Positions 10,776-24,475 are shown, counted from the first letter of the stretch. The stretch: 64,000 nucleotides of DNA from Octopus sinensis (GCF_006345805.1 NW_021833799.1:21867-85866), one strand, 5' to 3'. The notes: a model not told the origin generated them from the sequence alone. Translations and numbers: made by a program.

Positions 10776-10836
10776 CTACATACACGTTTCGAGATTAAAG
10801 TAATTTAAATTTTACTTACTTCTCTCTTCAGTATAA
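10776..10836 (-). ncRNA. Type I hammerhead ribozyme motif (GUA site) in a Penelope-like remnant (about 10640-11030)
   Basis: Minus strand: TATA-CTGAAGA-GAGA..(AGTAA/TTACT)..TCTC-GAAA-C-gt-G-T-A-TGTA. Confidence 0.65.
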
Positions 10837-10892
10837 TATTTCCAATTTTTTATAAAATTTGAAAGTGCTTCTATTATTAATTTAAAATTATG

Positions 10893-10926
<34 letters not shown>

Positions 10927-11140
10927 AAATATTACAAAAAAACCACCTTTTATCAATTCAAAATGAATAATTAAATTACACCATCTAGAAAATTACATAT
11001 AACAGAAATATTAAAATTAAAATAACAATTAAAAAGTAAAGATAAGTAAATTACAAAAATAATAAAAATGTATATAATAGATATTATATTATTTATATAT
11101 ATATATATATTCCCTCAAATAATAATTATTTATATATATA

Positions 11141-11171
<31 letters not shown>

Positions 11172-11258
11172 AACCAGCTTAGAGAAGAAGAAGAAACGAA
11201 ACAAAAACCGAAACAAATCAAATCGAATCGACATGTTATACAAATATATATATATATA

Positions 11259-11336
<78 letters not shown>

Positions 11337-11404
11337 ATGAGGTAATCAGAAGATCGGATGGTTCATATTTACAGATATTTATTTATATATTACATTTTTT
11401 GCTT

Positions 11405-12037
11405 AGGACACTTGTCCTAAAGCCACTTTGACTATTGCTCTCAGCTATGGTCACCATCCAGTGTCAGTTGATCACAGAACTTGAGGCGATCCAACGAAGC
11501 TACACGAAGAAGATAGCCTCTGTGCAGCATATGAGCTACTGGGAAAGACTCAAGAGATTAAGCTCTATTCCCTGAGCGTAGGCGAGAAAATATGCCATAA
11601 TATATATCTGGAAGATCCTGAAAGGACTTGTCCTAGACTTTGGCATCGAGAGTCACACAAATGCCAGAATCGGACGCCACTGCGTAGTACCAAGGACTCC
11701 AAATTTGCCATCAAGATGTAGGACAAGATATTGTGATAGCCTGGGCTTCAGAGGCCCACAGCTCTTCAATATCCTCCCGAAGAACCTGAGGGACCTGCAT
11801 GGTGTAGATGCGGATGTCTTTAAAGTAGGACTGGATCTCTTCCTGTCAGGTTCCCGGATGAACCAACTTGACGGCGGAGGTGTGCAGATGAGGGCAGCTG
11901 CATCGAACTCTCTCATGCATCAGATGGCGTTTGCTAAAAAGCATCCGTGAGAAGGTAATCGTTGTAGGCAACCAATGGCGGTGCCCCAGCATGGCCACAG
12001 CTCATTAGCTGTAACTGGAAAAATCAAAATCAAAATC
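11405..12037 (+). pseudogene. CR1/L2-group LINE 3' end (ORF2 C-terminus, 3' UTR, (AAAATC)n tail)
   Basis: The frameshifted translation reads DYCSQLWSP..LEAIQRSYTKKI..SYWERLK..SLERRR..IYIWKIL.GLVP..GPQLFNILP, followed by a stem-loop and a short tandem tail. Confidence 0.85.
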
Positions 12038-12139
12038 ATATATATATATCATATCATTTGAGATCATATCATTGAGATCATTAGCGCTTTCTCCCATTCT
12101 ATATATATGCATGTATGTATTTATATATATGAAAGGAAG

Positions 12140-12467
12140 GTCTCCCTTCAGTTATGAATGACTATGAGACTGTCCCTAGAAAGTTCCCCTCTGAGGCACA
12201 GGTCCAGGCAAGATTGTTTTTATGGGAGACCAGTAGTTGCCCATGCATACCAGCCTCTCCCTCTCCAGGCCACCAATGTTATCCAAGGGAAAAGCAAAGG
12301 GGCCCCGATACAGCTTAACACCAGTGACATCCCAACTCATTTCTACAGCTGAGTGAAGTAGAGCAACGTGAAATTAAAGGGTCTTGCCCAAGAACACATC
12401 GCACAACCCAGTGTGGGAATTGAACTCACTACCTCGTGATTGTGAGCCCGACGCTCTAACCACTGAC
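12140..12467 (-). mobile_element. SINE family E, near full length
   Basis: The minus strand has a tRNA-like head (CAGTGGTTAGAGCGTCGGGCTCAC..GAGTTCAATTCC) and a CORE-like TGTTCTTGGGCAAGAC segment. Confidence 0.8.
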
Positions 12468-12849
12468 CAAAAAAAAATTGGTGTAGGGGTGGGTGTTGGT
12501 GTAAAAAAAAAATTTTTGTTTGCATTCTTTTGATTTTATGTAAAGAATGCCCAAAGAATGTCTATTATTTTGGCTTTTGTTATTTTGACAACATTGTACT
12601 GTTTGTTTAAACTAAACATGAGAATGGGAAGAAATTGTCTGGGAATCACACGACAACCACAAATACACACACACACACACACACACACATACACACTTGT
12701 TGGTGTGTGTGTTTGTTGTGTCCTTATACACTTGTTGCGGAGCATCAGTTGTCCCCACTTTCATCCTCTCTCAGTTTGTGTATTCGTTTGTGATAACGAA
12801 TCCAAAATACCATGGATGTGTATGTGGGATGTATATTTGTAGGTATCTG

Positions 12850-12880
<31 letters not shown>

Positions 12881-12887
12881 TTGTGTG

Positions 12888-12984
12888 TAGACAGATAGAT
12901 GGATAGATAGATAAGCAGACAGTCACACAGAGAGACATACAGACAGATAGATTGATAGTTGGATAGATAGATAGATAGATAGAC

Positions 12985-13038
<54 letters not shown>

Positions 13039-13040
13039 GC

Positions 13041-13107
<67 letters not shown>

Positions 13108-13327
13108 GAGATAGATAGGCAGACAGACAGGCACACAGACAGACATAGATAGATATATAGATATATAGAGAGAGAAAGAGAAAAAGAAAGATATATAGAT
13201 ATAGAGGAGAGAAAGAGAAAAGAAAGATAGATATAAATAGATGATATAGACAGACAGACAGACAGATAGATAGAAGATAGATAGAAAGACAGACAGACAG
13301 ACAGACAGATAGATAGATAGATAGATA

Positions 13328-13358
<31 letters not shown>

Positions 13359-13379
13359 TTATAGAAGATGATAGTAGAA

Positions 13380-13414
<35 letters not shown>

Positions 13415-13433
13415 TAGATAGATATAGATAGAA

Positions 13434-13470
<37 letters not shown>

Positions 13471-13471
13471 T

Positions 13472-13538
<67 letters not shown>

Positions 13539-13549
13539 CAGACAGACAC

Positions 13550-13580
<31 letters not shown>

Positions 13581-13644
13581 CGACAGACAGACAGACAGAT
13601 ATACAGACAGCACAGACATACAGACAGACAGACAGACAACAGAC

Positions 13645-13703
<59 letters not shown>

Positions 13704-13717
13704 TAGATAGAAAGATA
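12888..13717. repeat. (GATA)n/(GACA)n compound microsatellite, left flank of the Tx1 element
   Basis: Direct reading. Confidence 0.95.
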
Positions 13718-16700
13718 TGTTTCTTTATTAGCCACACAGGGCTGCACACAGATAGAACAAATTACAAGGTAGAGCTTTTCTTTTGAAGGTATTAAAAAAA
13801 AAAAAAAAAAAAAAAGGAAGGGGAGGTTCGATCAAAAGGGATCGTAAAAGGAGAGAAAGAGGACAAAAAAAAAGGGGGTAAAAAAAAAAAAAAAAAAAAA
13901 AAGGGGGGAGAGAAAAAAAAAAAAAAATGATCAATAGGATCGTTATCACAGAAATGTCAATATGAAGTGTAAAGGGGAGGACAGGTGAGGTTCCCGTGAA
14001 AGAAAAGCCTACGGAAAAGACCACGGTAACCTCGTCAATGAAGTCACATTTTATATTTCTTTTTTTTTTTTTTTTTTTTTTTGCAATAAGTAACTCTCTG
14101 TGTTCGATTTCGGGTTCATAGACTATGCTCAAGGTGGCTTCGTCATTCATACGTGCCATTCTTGCAAACATTCACCCATCTTTTTTTTAAAACATTCGCT
14201 AGACAAAACTTGCCTCTCTACTACTCTCACTTTCCTTTTCAAGTGGTACTTGAAGAAGTTGATGAGAGATTGACCAGAGAGGAAAGTGTTTGTCTCCAAT
14301 CCTTTCAGACGCGTCCACCAGATACATTCTTTCGCCATAGCCACAAGATGATGAAATAGCTCTTCTTCCCGTTTGAAGGAAGGAGGCGTGACAATATTGA
14401 CGATAGACTCAGCTGATAAACCGACTCGTCCCACCGTGACAGCAGTTGTTCGACATAAGCCCACAGGTCGGAAATTGTTGGACCTGAACGAGTGCGTGCA
14501 GAACGGTTTTCGTCGCTCTGACCGCATCTCGGGGCAGGTCGGCCCCGTGTTTCTCGAGCCGTGTCTGTAGAGCTTATCCCGAACGGGTAGCGCTTCTCGG
14601 TAGCACTGCAGGCCCAGGGATCTCTGGAAGTTGTCTGGGCCCTGGGCCCGAAAGTCGTCCCGAACAGGCGGGTCAGGTACTCCTCGTCGACGTCCAGGTT
14701 CGCCCCGAGCTCGTCGTCGTACCTCCCCTCCACACTAAACCCCTATAGAATGCTTGGTTGTGTTGAAGTCACTTAAGGTCGACCCAGGACGGCAGACTTG
14801 CTTGAGAGCAACGCGAACACTCGCGGTGCCATTCGCCCTTCCTCGGCCTCTTTTTGATCCACGACTGCAGTTCGGTCATGGAGACGAGCTGCGGGAAAGC
14901 GTGCCTCACAAACGGCGACCACACCTGTTCACCGTCGTCTACATAGAGCCAGAGATGTCGCAGTCTCAGCGCGTGTCTCGCACATCATCATCAACCACGG
15001 CATGCCCAGCCCTCCTTTTAACGGGTGTTGACAGCAAATGGATCGCCTGACCATCGGGACGCATCCTTTCCACAAGAGCGAAAGAGGATGCGTTGTAGTT
15101 TGGTGATGGTAGGGTCGGGACAAGGTACGACGGTCAAGCGGTAGTAGATGACGGACGCGATGTACGTGTTCGCCACCTCCGCTCGACCTTTTAGGACAGT
15201 TTCTCTCGGCCCATTGCCGGGCGAGAGTCCACCACCCTACTCGTTTCCCTCGTTCCAGTTCTTCTCCACTTGAGGTCCGGACCAAACCAGACCCCGAGCA
15301 ACTCACCGGGCCGTCGGTCCAGCGTCCCACGACGGAGGCGCTGGTGGACGGCATGGGCTTGCTTCTCCAGGTGCCTAGTCGCAAGCCCCTCTGACTTTTC
15401 CCGGTTGATTTTCGCTCCTGTCACCGCTTCGTATTTTTTCAGTGTCATCTCGCCGACCAGCTCGATGTGCTCGTGGCTAGACACTATGACCGTGACGTCG
15501 TCCGCGTATGCAGACACGCTCGTCCCGCATCCCAATTCTCGCGGGATGCCCCTTAAGAGTCGCCAGCTTCCGCAGTAGTGGCTCAAGAGTCAATACGTAT
15601 AGAAGCGCCGAGAGGGGGCATCCCTGACGGACCGAACGTGCAATGTCGAAAGGTCTCGATAGATGTCCATTTACGCGAATTACAACGGATGCCTCTGTAC
15701 AAGGCAGCTATCCAGCCGCGGAAGACGGACCGAAACCAGCCGCTCTCAGGACTGCCTCCAAGTATCGATGGTCTATATATATAAACCCTTCAAAGGCTTT
15801 TGATTGATCCAAGTTGATCAGGGCCCCACCCATGCCAGGTTCGTTAACTACCCTGTCTATGATGTAGCGCATCAGATGGAGGTTGTCATGGATGGTCCGG
15901 CCTGGCACGGCGCATGTTTGCGCCTTGTCGACCAGTTTCTCGATGACAAGCGCCAACCTCTTGGCTAGCACCTTGGCCAAATTTTCAAGTCTGCATTAAG
16001 CAGAGTGATGGGCCTAAAGTTATCTATTACATTTCCCTTGTTTAGATCTTTCTTCAGCAGTGTTACGGCTCCTCGGCTCACAAAACCAGGAATGCTCCCG
16101 TTTTGCTGCCAGTTGCAGTACACCGCCGCCAAGAGATCCTCCAAACAAGTCTGGCATACAATTGTAAAGCTCGTAGGGTAGACCATCCAAACCCGGTGAT
16201 TTGTCCCTCGAGCATTCTGCCATCGCTTCCCCGCACTTCCGCCGCCGTGATGGCACCTCGCAGCACCCTGCCTTTCTTGTCGAGAGTCGTGGTAGGCTAT
16301 GTAGGTAGGCACTGAAGTCCACCCTACGTTCTTGCCCTCCCTCGTTCCGAACAGTCGGGCAAATGCTGCTGAAAGGCCTCACACTTTTACTTGGCTCGAG
16401 CAATTCGCGCCCCTGTTCATCTACCAGTGACCGAATGGTGGCTTTGTTGCCCTGTTGCGCCTCTGCCACCCGGGCCTCTCTCGCGGCTCCAACACCTTCT
16501 TCCTTAGAGCACGCATCCTAGCTCTGACAGCACATCCCGTGTTTTGGCGTTGAAGTGTTGGTCGAGGGCCAACCTCGCGGCCAAAACGTCGGATGCGATG
16601 CCGCTTCTAATTGCCTCTTCTAGCTTCTTAACTAGCTCACCCCCTCTACTCTATTTCTATCTATGGCTAGTGCTTTGCTGTACCTAATCGCTTCTGCTTT

Positions 16701-16728
16701 TACTGCTCTCTGAGGCAAACCACCTAGA
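13718..16728 (-). mobile_element. 5'-truncated L1-Tx1 clade non-LTR retrotransposon (frameshifted ORF2: linker, RT, C-terminal zinc knuckle; T-rich 3' UTR)
   Basis: Motifs DKSPGLDGLPYELY, NFRPITLLNADLK, LINLDQSKAF, SAYADDVTV and CPRCGQSDE..LHALVQ. AATAAA precedes the 3' end. The 17-bp direct repeat AGATAGATAGAAAGATA occurs at 13701-13717 and 16729-16745. Confidence 0.9.
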
Positions 16729-17042
<314 letters not shown>

Positions 17043-17264
17043 ATAGATTGATAGGTACATACATACATGCATGCATACATACATACAAACCCACACATAC
17101 ACACAAACGTTGACACAAAGAAGCAATCGCCACAAAGTCAAAAACGCCAAGAAACACACGTGCACAAACACAACACACACATACAAAGTACATACACACA
17201 CACATACGCATACATACGCACACATATATACCCCCCACACACACACACATTGAACATAAGGCGA

Positions 17265-17556
17265 GTGAAGGCGAGTGCGACAGGCGGCGGAATTTGTCGA
17301 AGCCACGATATTCAAACAACAAAAACAACGAAAGCCGAAGAAAACGATGTCATTATCATAAACTTATAATATTATAATTAGCTACGTCGTTTATCATAGC
17401 GCACTAATTATAATATTATTATTAGCTGCTAATTATAATATTATTATTAGGCTTTCGCGATAAGTTTTAGAGCAAAAGCAAGGAAGAAGAATAACAGAGT
17501 TTAATTTACAAGAGAAATAAGAAGAACTTTGGGACTTCGCCGAGAAAGTTTACTTG
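17265..17556 (+). other. Candidate 5' non-coding exon/promoter-proximal segment
   Basis: Unique, CpG-containing sequence ending in a donor-like TTG|GTAAGA at 17556/17557. No transcript evidence. Confidence 0.25.
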
Positions 17557-17809
17557 GTAAGAGCATATGTGTGTATGTATATATATATATGTATGTATAT
17601 ATATATATATACACATACACACATATATATATATAAAGACATACAAACTAGAATACATATTTAAGCATATAAATACATACAGACACATAGAACACATGCG
17701 TATATACATCCAATATATATATATATATATATAATGGTTAATGATATATATATATATAATATATAGTATATATAAATATATATATATATGTCTATAATAT
17801 ATATATATA

Positions 17810-17845
<36 letters not shown>

Positions 17846-18369
17846 TTATAATATATATATATCATATATATATATCTTATATATATACTCATATATATAT
17901 ATAATATATATATATAGTATATATATAGTATATATATATAGTAATACACGTGTATATATATATATATTACTCATGTATGTATACCCGAGTGTGTATATAC
18001 ACATTTTTTTACATACATATATATACAGACAACTATTGATAAGTTATTTATATGTATCTCTCTCTCTTTCCTTTTCTATTTATACACCCATCTCTCTATC
18101 TATCCATCTCCCCCCCTCTCTCTCTATATATATATATATATACATTTATTTATAAACCTATGTCTGTGTGTATGAAAGGAGGTGTATGTGTGTGTGCCCC
18201 AGCATGGGCGCCGTCTGATATGATACAAAAGAGTAGAAGTCTATATGTATGTATAGTTCTTTTCATTTCGTTTGAACACCCGTTCGCGGGAAGTTTTTTT
18301 GTAGTAATTGCATGGATAAACTTTGTCAATCAAACTTTCCCGACTCAATATATTGCACGTGTGTTCATG

Positions 18370-19005
18370 TGTGTGTGTGTTTGTATGTATATATGTATGA
18401 TTGTATGTTTGTATGTATGATTGTATGTGTGTGTGTGTGTGTATGTATGTATATATATATATGTGTATGTATGTATGTACATATGTATGTATGTATATAA
18501 GTATGTATGATTGTATGTATGTGTGTGTGTGTATGTATGTATGTGTGTGTATGTATGTATGTATATACGTATGTATGTATGTGTGTGTATGTATGTATGT
18601 ATATACGTATGTATGTATGTGTGTGTGCATGTATGTATGTATGAATGTATGTATGTATGGATGTATGTATGTATGTATGTATGTATGTATGTATGTATGT
18701 CTATATGTATGTATTATGTATGTATGTATGTGTGTATGTATGTAATGTATGTATGTGTGTATGTAATGTATGTATGTATGTTGTAGTATGTATGTATGTA
18801 GGTATGTATGTATGTTATGTATGTATGTATGTATGTGTGTATGTAAATGATGTATTTATGTATGTATGTTTGATGTATGTTTGTATGTGTGTATGTATGT
18901 ATGTGTGTATGTATGTATGTATGTATGTGTGTATGTATGAATGTATGTATGTATGTATGAATGTATGTACGTATGTATGTGTATATGTATTTATGTATGT
19001 ATGCA
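18370..19005. repeat. (TATG)n microsatellite
   Basis: Direct reading. Confidence 0.95.
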
Positions 19006-19774
19006 TTGAAAAATTCCGCCGAAGGCTTACTGACCGAATACTTCGAAGTTACTATCATTGTAAAGTTCAGTTATAAACATATGCTTATAGTTCGTTTTAA
19101 CCATGCTGTGCGTATATTTGTGTGTGTGTGTGTGTGTGTGTATGTATCAGTGTACCTACCTCTATGCATATATACTTATATACACACACACACACAAACA
19201 CATACATATGTGTGAGCAAGGCTCCAACATGGCCTTGACCGTGAAGGGTAAAGCAGTGTTAAGTACATAACATTCAAATGACACACGGACGAACAGTGTA
19301 TATATATATATATATACATACACACACACATATATAGACATAATCACACACAGAAGCATTTGTATGTGTGTATATAAATTACTCGCGCGTGTGTGTATGT
19401 GTATAGGTATGTGTGTGTGTATATATGTATATATACATTTATATATTTATATGTATATATTTATATATGTGTGTATATTTATATATATATATTTATATAT
19501 GTATTTATTTATATATATGTGTGTGTGTATTTATATACACATATTCGTGTCTTTCCCTAACCTGATTATACACACACTTTAGATGAGTTGTAGTGCACCT
19601 GAGCACTGTACACAATTATTATTATTATTATTATTATTATAGCAAAACTTTTTTTGGGGGGTGGGGTATAAATTTCCCTCGTTTTGCAAAAATATAAAGA
19701 TGTGCCCTCGCTTTTCAAGTAATTCTGGTTACTAGAAGCCAGTTAATTACACACACACACCTGCATACCTGCCT

Positions 19775-20370
19775 ACCTACCTACGTACATACATACCTAC
19801 ATACATACATACATACATATACATACATACACAAACACATACATACATACATACCTACATACATACATACAAACATACATACATACATACATACATACAT
19901 ACATAAATACACACATACATACACACATACATACATACATACATACATACATACATACACACATACATACATATATACATACACACACACATAATACACA
20001 CACACATACATACATACACACATGCATACATACATACATACACACATATACATACATACACACATACATACACACATACATACACACATACATACATACA
20101 TACATAAATACACACATACATACACACATACATACATACATACATACATACATACCTACATACACACATACATACATACATACATACATACATACATACA
20201 TACATACATACATACATACATACATACATACATACATGCATACATACCTACATACATACATACATACACACATACACACATACATACATACATATATACA
20301 TACATACATACATACATACATACACACATATATACATACATACATACATACATACACACATACACCATGC
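19775..20370. repeat. (CATA)n microsatellite (inverted relative to 18370-19005)
   Basis: Direct reading. Confidence 0.95.
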
Positions 20371-20525
20371 ATGCAAGCATAAAATGTAAGGGCATTCCTA
20401 CAGTTTGAGGCTCCAACGTTTGTTTTCCCATAACTTGTGATGTTCATAATTTTAAATGAAATTTTGCAGAGATACATTTAAGAGGATATAGATTACGATT
20501 AATTTGGTAATATTTTTTAAAAGAT

Positions 20526-21480
20526 AAGGTGGTAAGCTGGCAAAAACGTTAGCACGCCGGACAAAGTACTAAACGGTATTTCGTCCGTCTTTATGTTCTG
20601 AGTCCAGGATTCCGCCGAAGTCGGCTTTGTCTTTCATCGTTTCGGGGTCGATAAATTAAGTACCAGTTCCGCACTGGGGTCGATGTAATCGACTTAATAC
20701 CTATGTCTGTCCTTGTTTGTCCCCTCTATGTTTAGCTCCTTGTTGGTAGTAAAGAAATGGGTATTTCGTCTGTCTTTATGTTCTGAGTTCAGGATTCCGT
20801 CGAAGTCGGCTTTGTCTTTCATCGTTTCGGGGTCGATAAATTAAGTACCAGTTCCGCACTGGGGTCGATGTAATCGACTTAATACCTATGTCTGTCCTTG
20901 TTTGTCCCCTCTATGTTTAGCTCCTTGTTGGTAGTAAAGAAATGGGTATTTCGTCTGTCTTTATGTTCTGAGTTCAGGATTCCGTCGAAGTCGGCTTTGT
21001 CTTTCATCGTTTCGGGGTCGATAAATTAAGTACCAGTTCCGCACTGGGGTCGATGTAATCGACTTAATACCTATGTCTGTCCTTTTTGTCCCCTCTATGT
21101 TTAGCTCCTTGTTGGTAGTAAAGAATGGGTATTTCGTCTGTCTTTATGTTCTGATTTCAGGATTCCGTCGAAGTCGGCTTTGTCTTTCATCGTTTCGCGG
21201 TCGATAAATTAAGTACCAGTTCCGCACTGGGGTCGATGTAATCGACTTAATACCTATGTCTGTCCTTGTTTTCCCCTCTATGTTTAGCTCCTTGTTGGTA
21301 GTTAAAGAAATGGGTATTTCGTCTGTCTTTATGTTCTGAGTTCAGGATTCCGTCGAAGTCGGCTTTGTCTTTCATCGTTTCGGACTCGATAAATTAAGTA
21401 CCAGTTGAGCACTGGGTCCGATATAATCAATTTACCTCGTCCCACGAATTTGCTGGCCTTGTACCGGAATTTGAAACCAA
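20526..21480 (+). repeat. SINE family C head followed by about 4.6 tandem copies of its body (period about 185 bp)
   Basis: GTATTTCGTC.GTCTTTATGTTCTGA at 20576, 20761, 20946, 21129 and 21314. The head occurs only once. Confidence 0.9.
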
Positions 21481-21727
21481 TATTTTTTATTTCAATTCCT
21501 GAGCATTATACTAATACATCTGTTTGTTGTCTACACCACCTGTCTCCATCTTTTGTTTTATTTTTGTGAATTCTCCACATATATATATGTACATACATAC
21601 TTACATACATACATATATCTATATATATATAGATATATATATAATATATATATTATATCTATATATATATATATATATTATATATATATATTATATATAT
21701 ATATATACACATACATACATACATACA

Positions 21728-21882
21728 TAGGCGCGGAGTGGCTGTGTGGTAAGTAGCTTGTTTACCAACCACATGGTTCCGGGTTCAGTCCCATCTCTGC
21801 AGGTGTCTTCTGCTATACCCCGGCCGACCAATGCCTTGTGAGTGGATTTGGGTAGACGGAAACTGAAAGAAGCCCTGTCGTA

Positions 21883-21921
<39 letters not shown>

Positions 21922-22135
21922 TGTGTGTTTGTGTTTCTGTGTTTGTCCCTCTAGCATTGCTTGACAACCGATGATGGTGTGTTTACGTCCCTGTAACTTA
22001 GCAGTTTGGCAAAAGAGACCAATAGAATAAGTACTGGGCTTCCAAAGATTAAGTCCTGGGGTCGATTTGCTCGACTAAAGGCGGTGCTCCAGCATGGCCA
22101 CAGTCAAATGACTGAAACAAGTAAAAGAGTAAAGA
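21728..22135 (+). mobile_element. Full-length SINE family A (tRNA-like head, internal (TA)n/(TG)n, stem-loop tail)
   Basis: TAGGCGC.GAGTGGCTGTGTGGTAAG..GGTTCAGTCCC..(TA)n..GGCGGTGCTCCAGCATGGCCACAGTCAAATGACTGAAACAAGTAAAAGAG. Confidence 0.9.
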
Positions 22136-22549
22136 TATATATATATATATATATAGATAGATAGATACATACATACCTATAGATATTTTGTTCATCAAAC
22201 CACAAAATTTTACTTGTATATTTGCTTCAGTTGTTTGTTGTCTCCATCACTATCCACTCAGATTCTCCTTGTAATAATTCTTAGCCCCCACCCCCACCCC
22301 CGACCTGGTCCTTGGTGAAGAGATCAGGGGTCTAAGTTCAAATCATTTGGGCGTCACTAATTGTTTTCCTGTATAGAGATTCCCACAATTTCCTCTGTTG
22401 AATGTACATATACACGTGTGTGTGTGTACGTATGTATGTATGTATGTATGTATGTATGCATGTATGTATGTATGTATGTATGTATGTATGTATGTGTGTA
22501 TGTACGTATGTACGTATGTATATATGTATGTATGTATGTGATCACGTGA

Positions 22550-23000
22550 CCGACCAGTCCATCAGATGTAGTTACACATCGCCGGTCACAATGCGTTCGC
22601 ATTGTTTTAGCCTTCGAACGACACCACCCCACTGGCTAAGCGAGCAGGCCAACAGAAGAAAGAGTGGGAGAAAGAGTGCCGAAAGAGTACAGCAGGGATC
22701 ACCACCATCCCCTGCCGGAGCCTCGTGGAGCTTTAGGTGTTTTCGCTCAATAAACACTCACAACGCCCGGTCTGGGAATCGAAACCGCTATCCTATGACC
22801 GCGAGTCCGCTGCCCTAACCACTGGGCCATTGCGCCTCCACGGTGAAAGAGTACAGCAGGGATCACCACCATCCCCTGCCGGAGCCTCGTGGAGCTTTAG
22901 GTGTTTTCGCTCATAAACACTCACAACGCCCGGTCCTGGGAATCGAACGACCCGCGATCCTACGACCGCGAGTCCGCTGCCCTAAGCCACTGGGCCATTG
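22550..23000 (-). mobile_element. Two adjacent SINE family B 5' parts
   Basis: Reverse complement of the family B head occurs twice (ending about 22840 and 23000). Confidence 0.85.
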
Positions 23001-23039
23001 CACACATCCACATGTATGTATGTATGTTTGTATATATAG

Positions 23040-23149
23040 ATGTAAAAAAATACAACTGGGACAAGAACGCAAAACATTTAGAAGACAATACAATGTCCCG
23101 TCCGTGTTTTTTGTATTGCGTTCTTGTCCCAGTTTGTATTTTTTTACAT
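23040..23149. repeat. Short fold-back (about 35-bp arms) of a Penelope-like fragment
   Basis: ATGTAAAAAAATACAACTGGGACAAGAACGCAA / TTGCGTTCTTGTCCCAGTTTGTATTTTTTTACAT. Related to 53955-54075. Confidence 0.7.
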
Positions 23150-23454
23150 ATACATATATGTAGCGGCGCCCGTACCCTTTTGGTCTCATATGTATGTATG
23201 TACGCATGCTTGTGTGTCTATATATATATGTATATAAGCTTGTATGTCATTGTTCGGTTTTATTTCAAGATTTCTTGCCAATAGAGAAAGAACCAGTTTC
23301 TAACCTAGGTCCAAGGGTCCTTCACTGGACATCAACAAAAGGGTATTTTTGTATATATATATATATATGTATGTATGTGTGCATATTTGTATGTATTCTT
23401 ATGTATATAGTTCCATATCTCGACATGCTCATGTATGTATATATGTATGTATAC

Positions 23455-23825
23455 TCTTTTACTCTTTTACTTGTTTCAGTCATTTGACTGTGGCCATGCT
23501 GGAGCACCGCCTTTAATCGAGCAACTCGACCCCAGGACTTATTCTTTGTAAGCCTAGTACTTATTCTATCGGTCTCTTTTACTGAACTGCTAAGTTATGG
23601 TGACAAAAACACACCAGCATTGGTTGTCAAGCGATGTTGGGGGACAAATACATACATACATACATATATACAATGGGCTTCTTTCAGTTTCCGTCTACCA
23701 AATCCATTCACAAGGCTTTGGTCGGCCCGAGGCTATACTAGAAGACATTTGCCCAAGGTGCCACGCAGTGGAACTGAACCCGGAACCATGTTGTTGGTAA
23801 GCAAGCTACTTACCACACAGCCACA
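23455..23825 (-). mobile_element. SINE family A
   Basis: Reverse complement of the full consensus. Confidence 0.85.
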
Positions 23826-23831
23826 TGAATG

Positions 23832-24085
23832 TGTGGAGGCGCGTGGCTTAGTGGTTAGGGTGTCAGCACCATGATTGTAAGATTGTGGTTTTGATTCCTG
23901 GACCGGGCGACGCGTTGTGTTCTTGAGCAAAACTCTTCATTTCACATTGCTCCAGTCCACTCAGCTGGCAAAAATGAGTAACGCTGCAATGGACTGATGT
24001 CCCGTCCAGCTGGGGAAGACATATGCCATAGAAACCGGGAAATCGGGCCCATGAGTCTGGCTAGGCTTTAAAAGGGCACATTTAT
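23832..24085 (+). mobile_element. tRNA-headed SINE (E-like head, B-like tail)
   Basis: GTGGAGGCGCGTGGCTTAGTGGTTAGGG..TGTGTTCTTGAGCAAAAC..CATGAG.CTGGCTAGGCTTTAAAAGGG. Confidence 0.75.
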
Positions 24086-24169
24086 TTTTATTTATATATA
24101 TGAATGTATGTATGAATCATCATCATCATCATCAAGGATTTGAACTCAGAACCTAAGGACTAAGGATCA

Positions 24170-24475
24170 TTGTTTAGTGTCCGCTTTCCATGGTGGCATG
24201 GGTTGGATGGTTCAACTGGGGTCTGGGAAACCAGATGGCTGCACCAGGCCCCAGTCTGATCTGGCAATATTTCTACGACTGCATGCCCTTCCTAATGCTA
24301 ACCACTCCATGAGTGTAGTGGGTGCTTTTTATGTGCCAGACGCGGCTGGCAAATGGCCACGATCGGATGGTGCTTTTTACATGCCACCGGCACAGAGGCC
24401 AGTTGGTGCGGCACTGGCAACATCCGCGTTCAGATGGTTCTCTTATGTGCCACCGGCACTGGTATCACAGCTATA
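24170..24475 (-). mobile_element. Family D copy
   Basis: Same hallmark motifs as 8607-9040. Confidence 0.75.

Noticed and set aside
14147-16469. Individual ORFs of 60-150 aa treated as host genes
   Set aside because: The minus-strand ones are frameshifted pieces of the Tx1 ORF2, and the plus-strand ones are antisense shadows.
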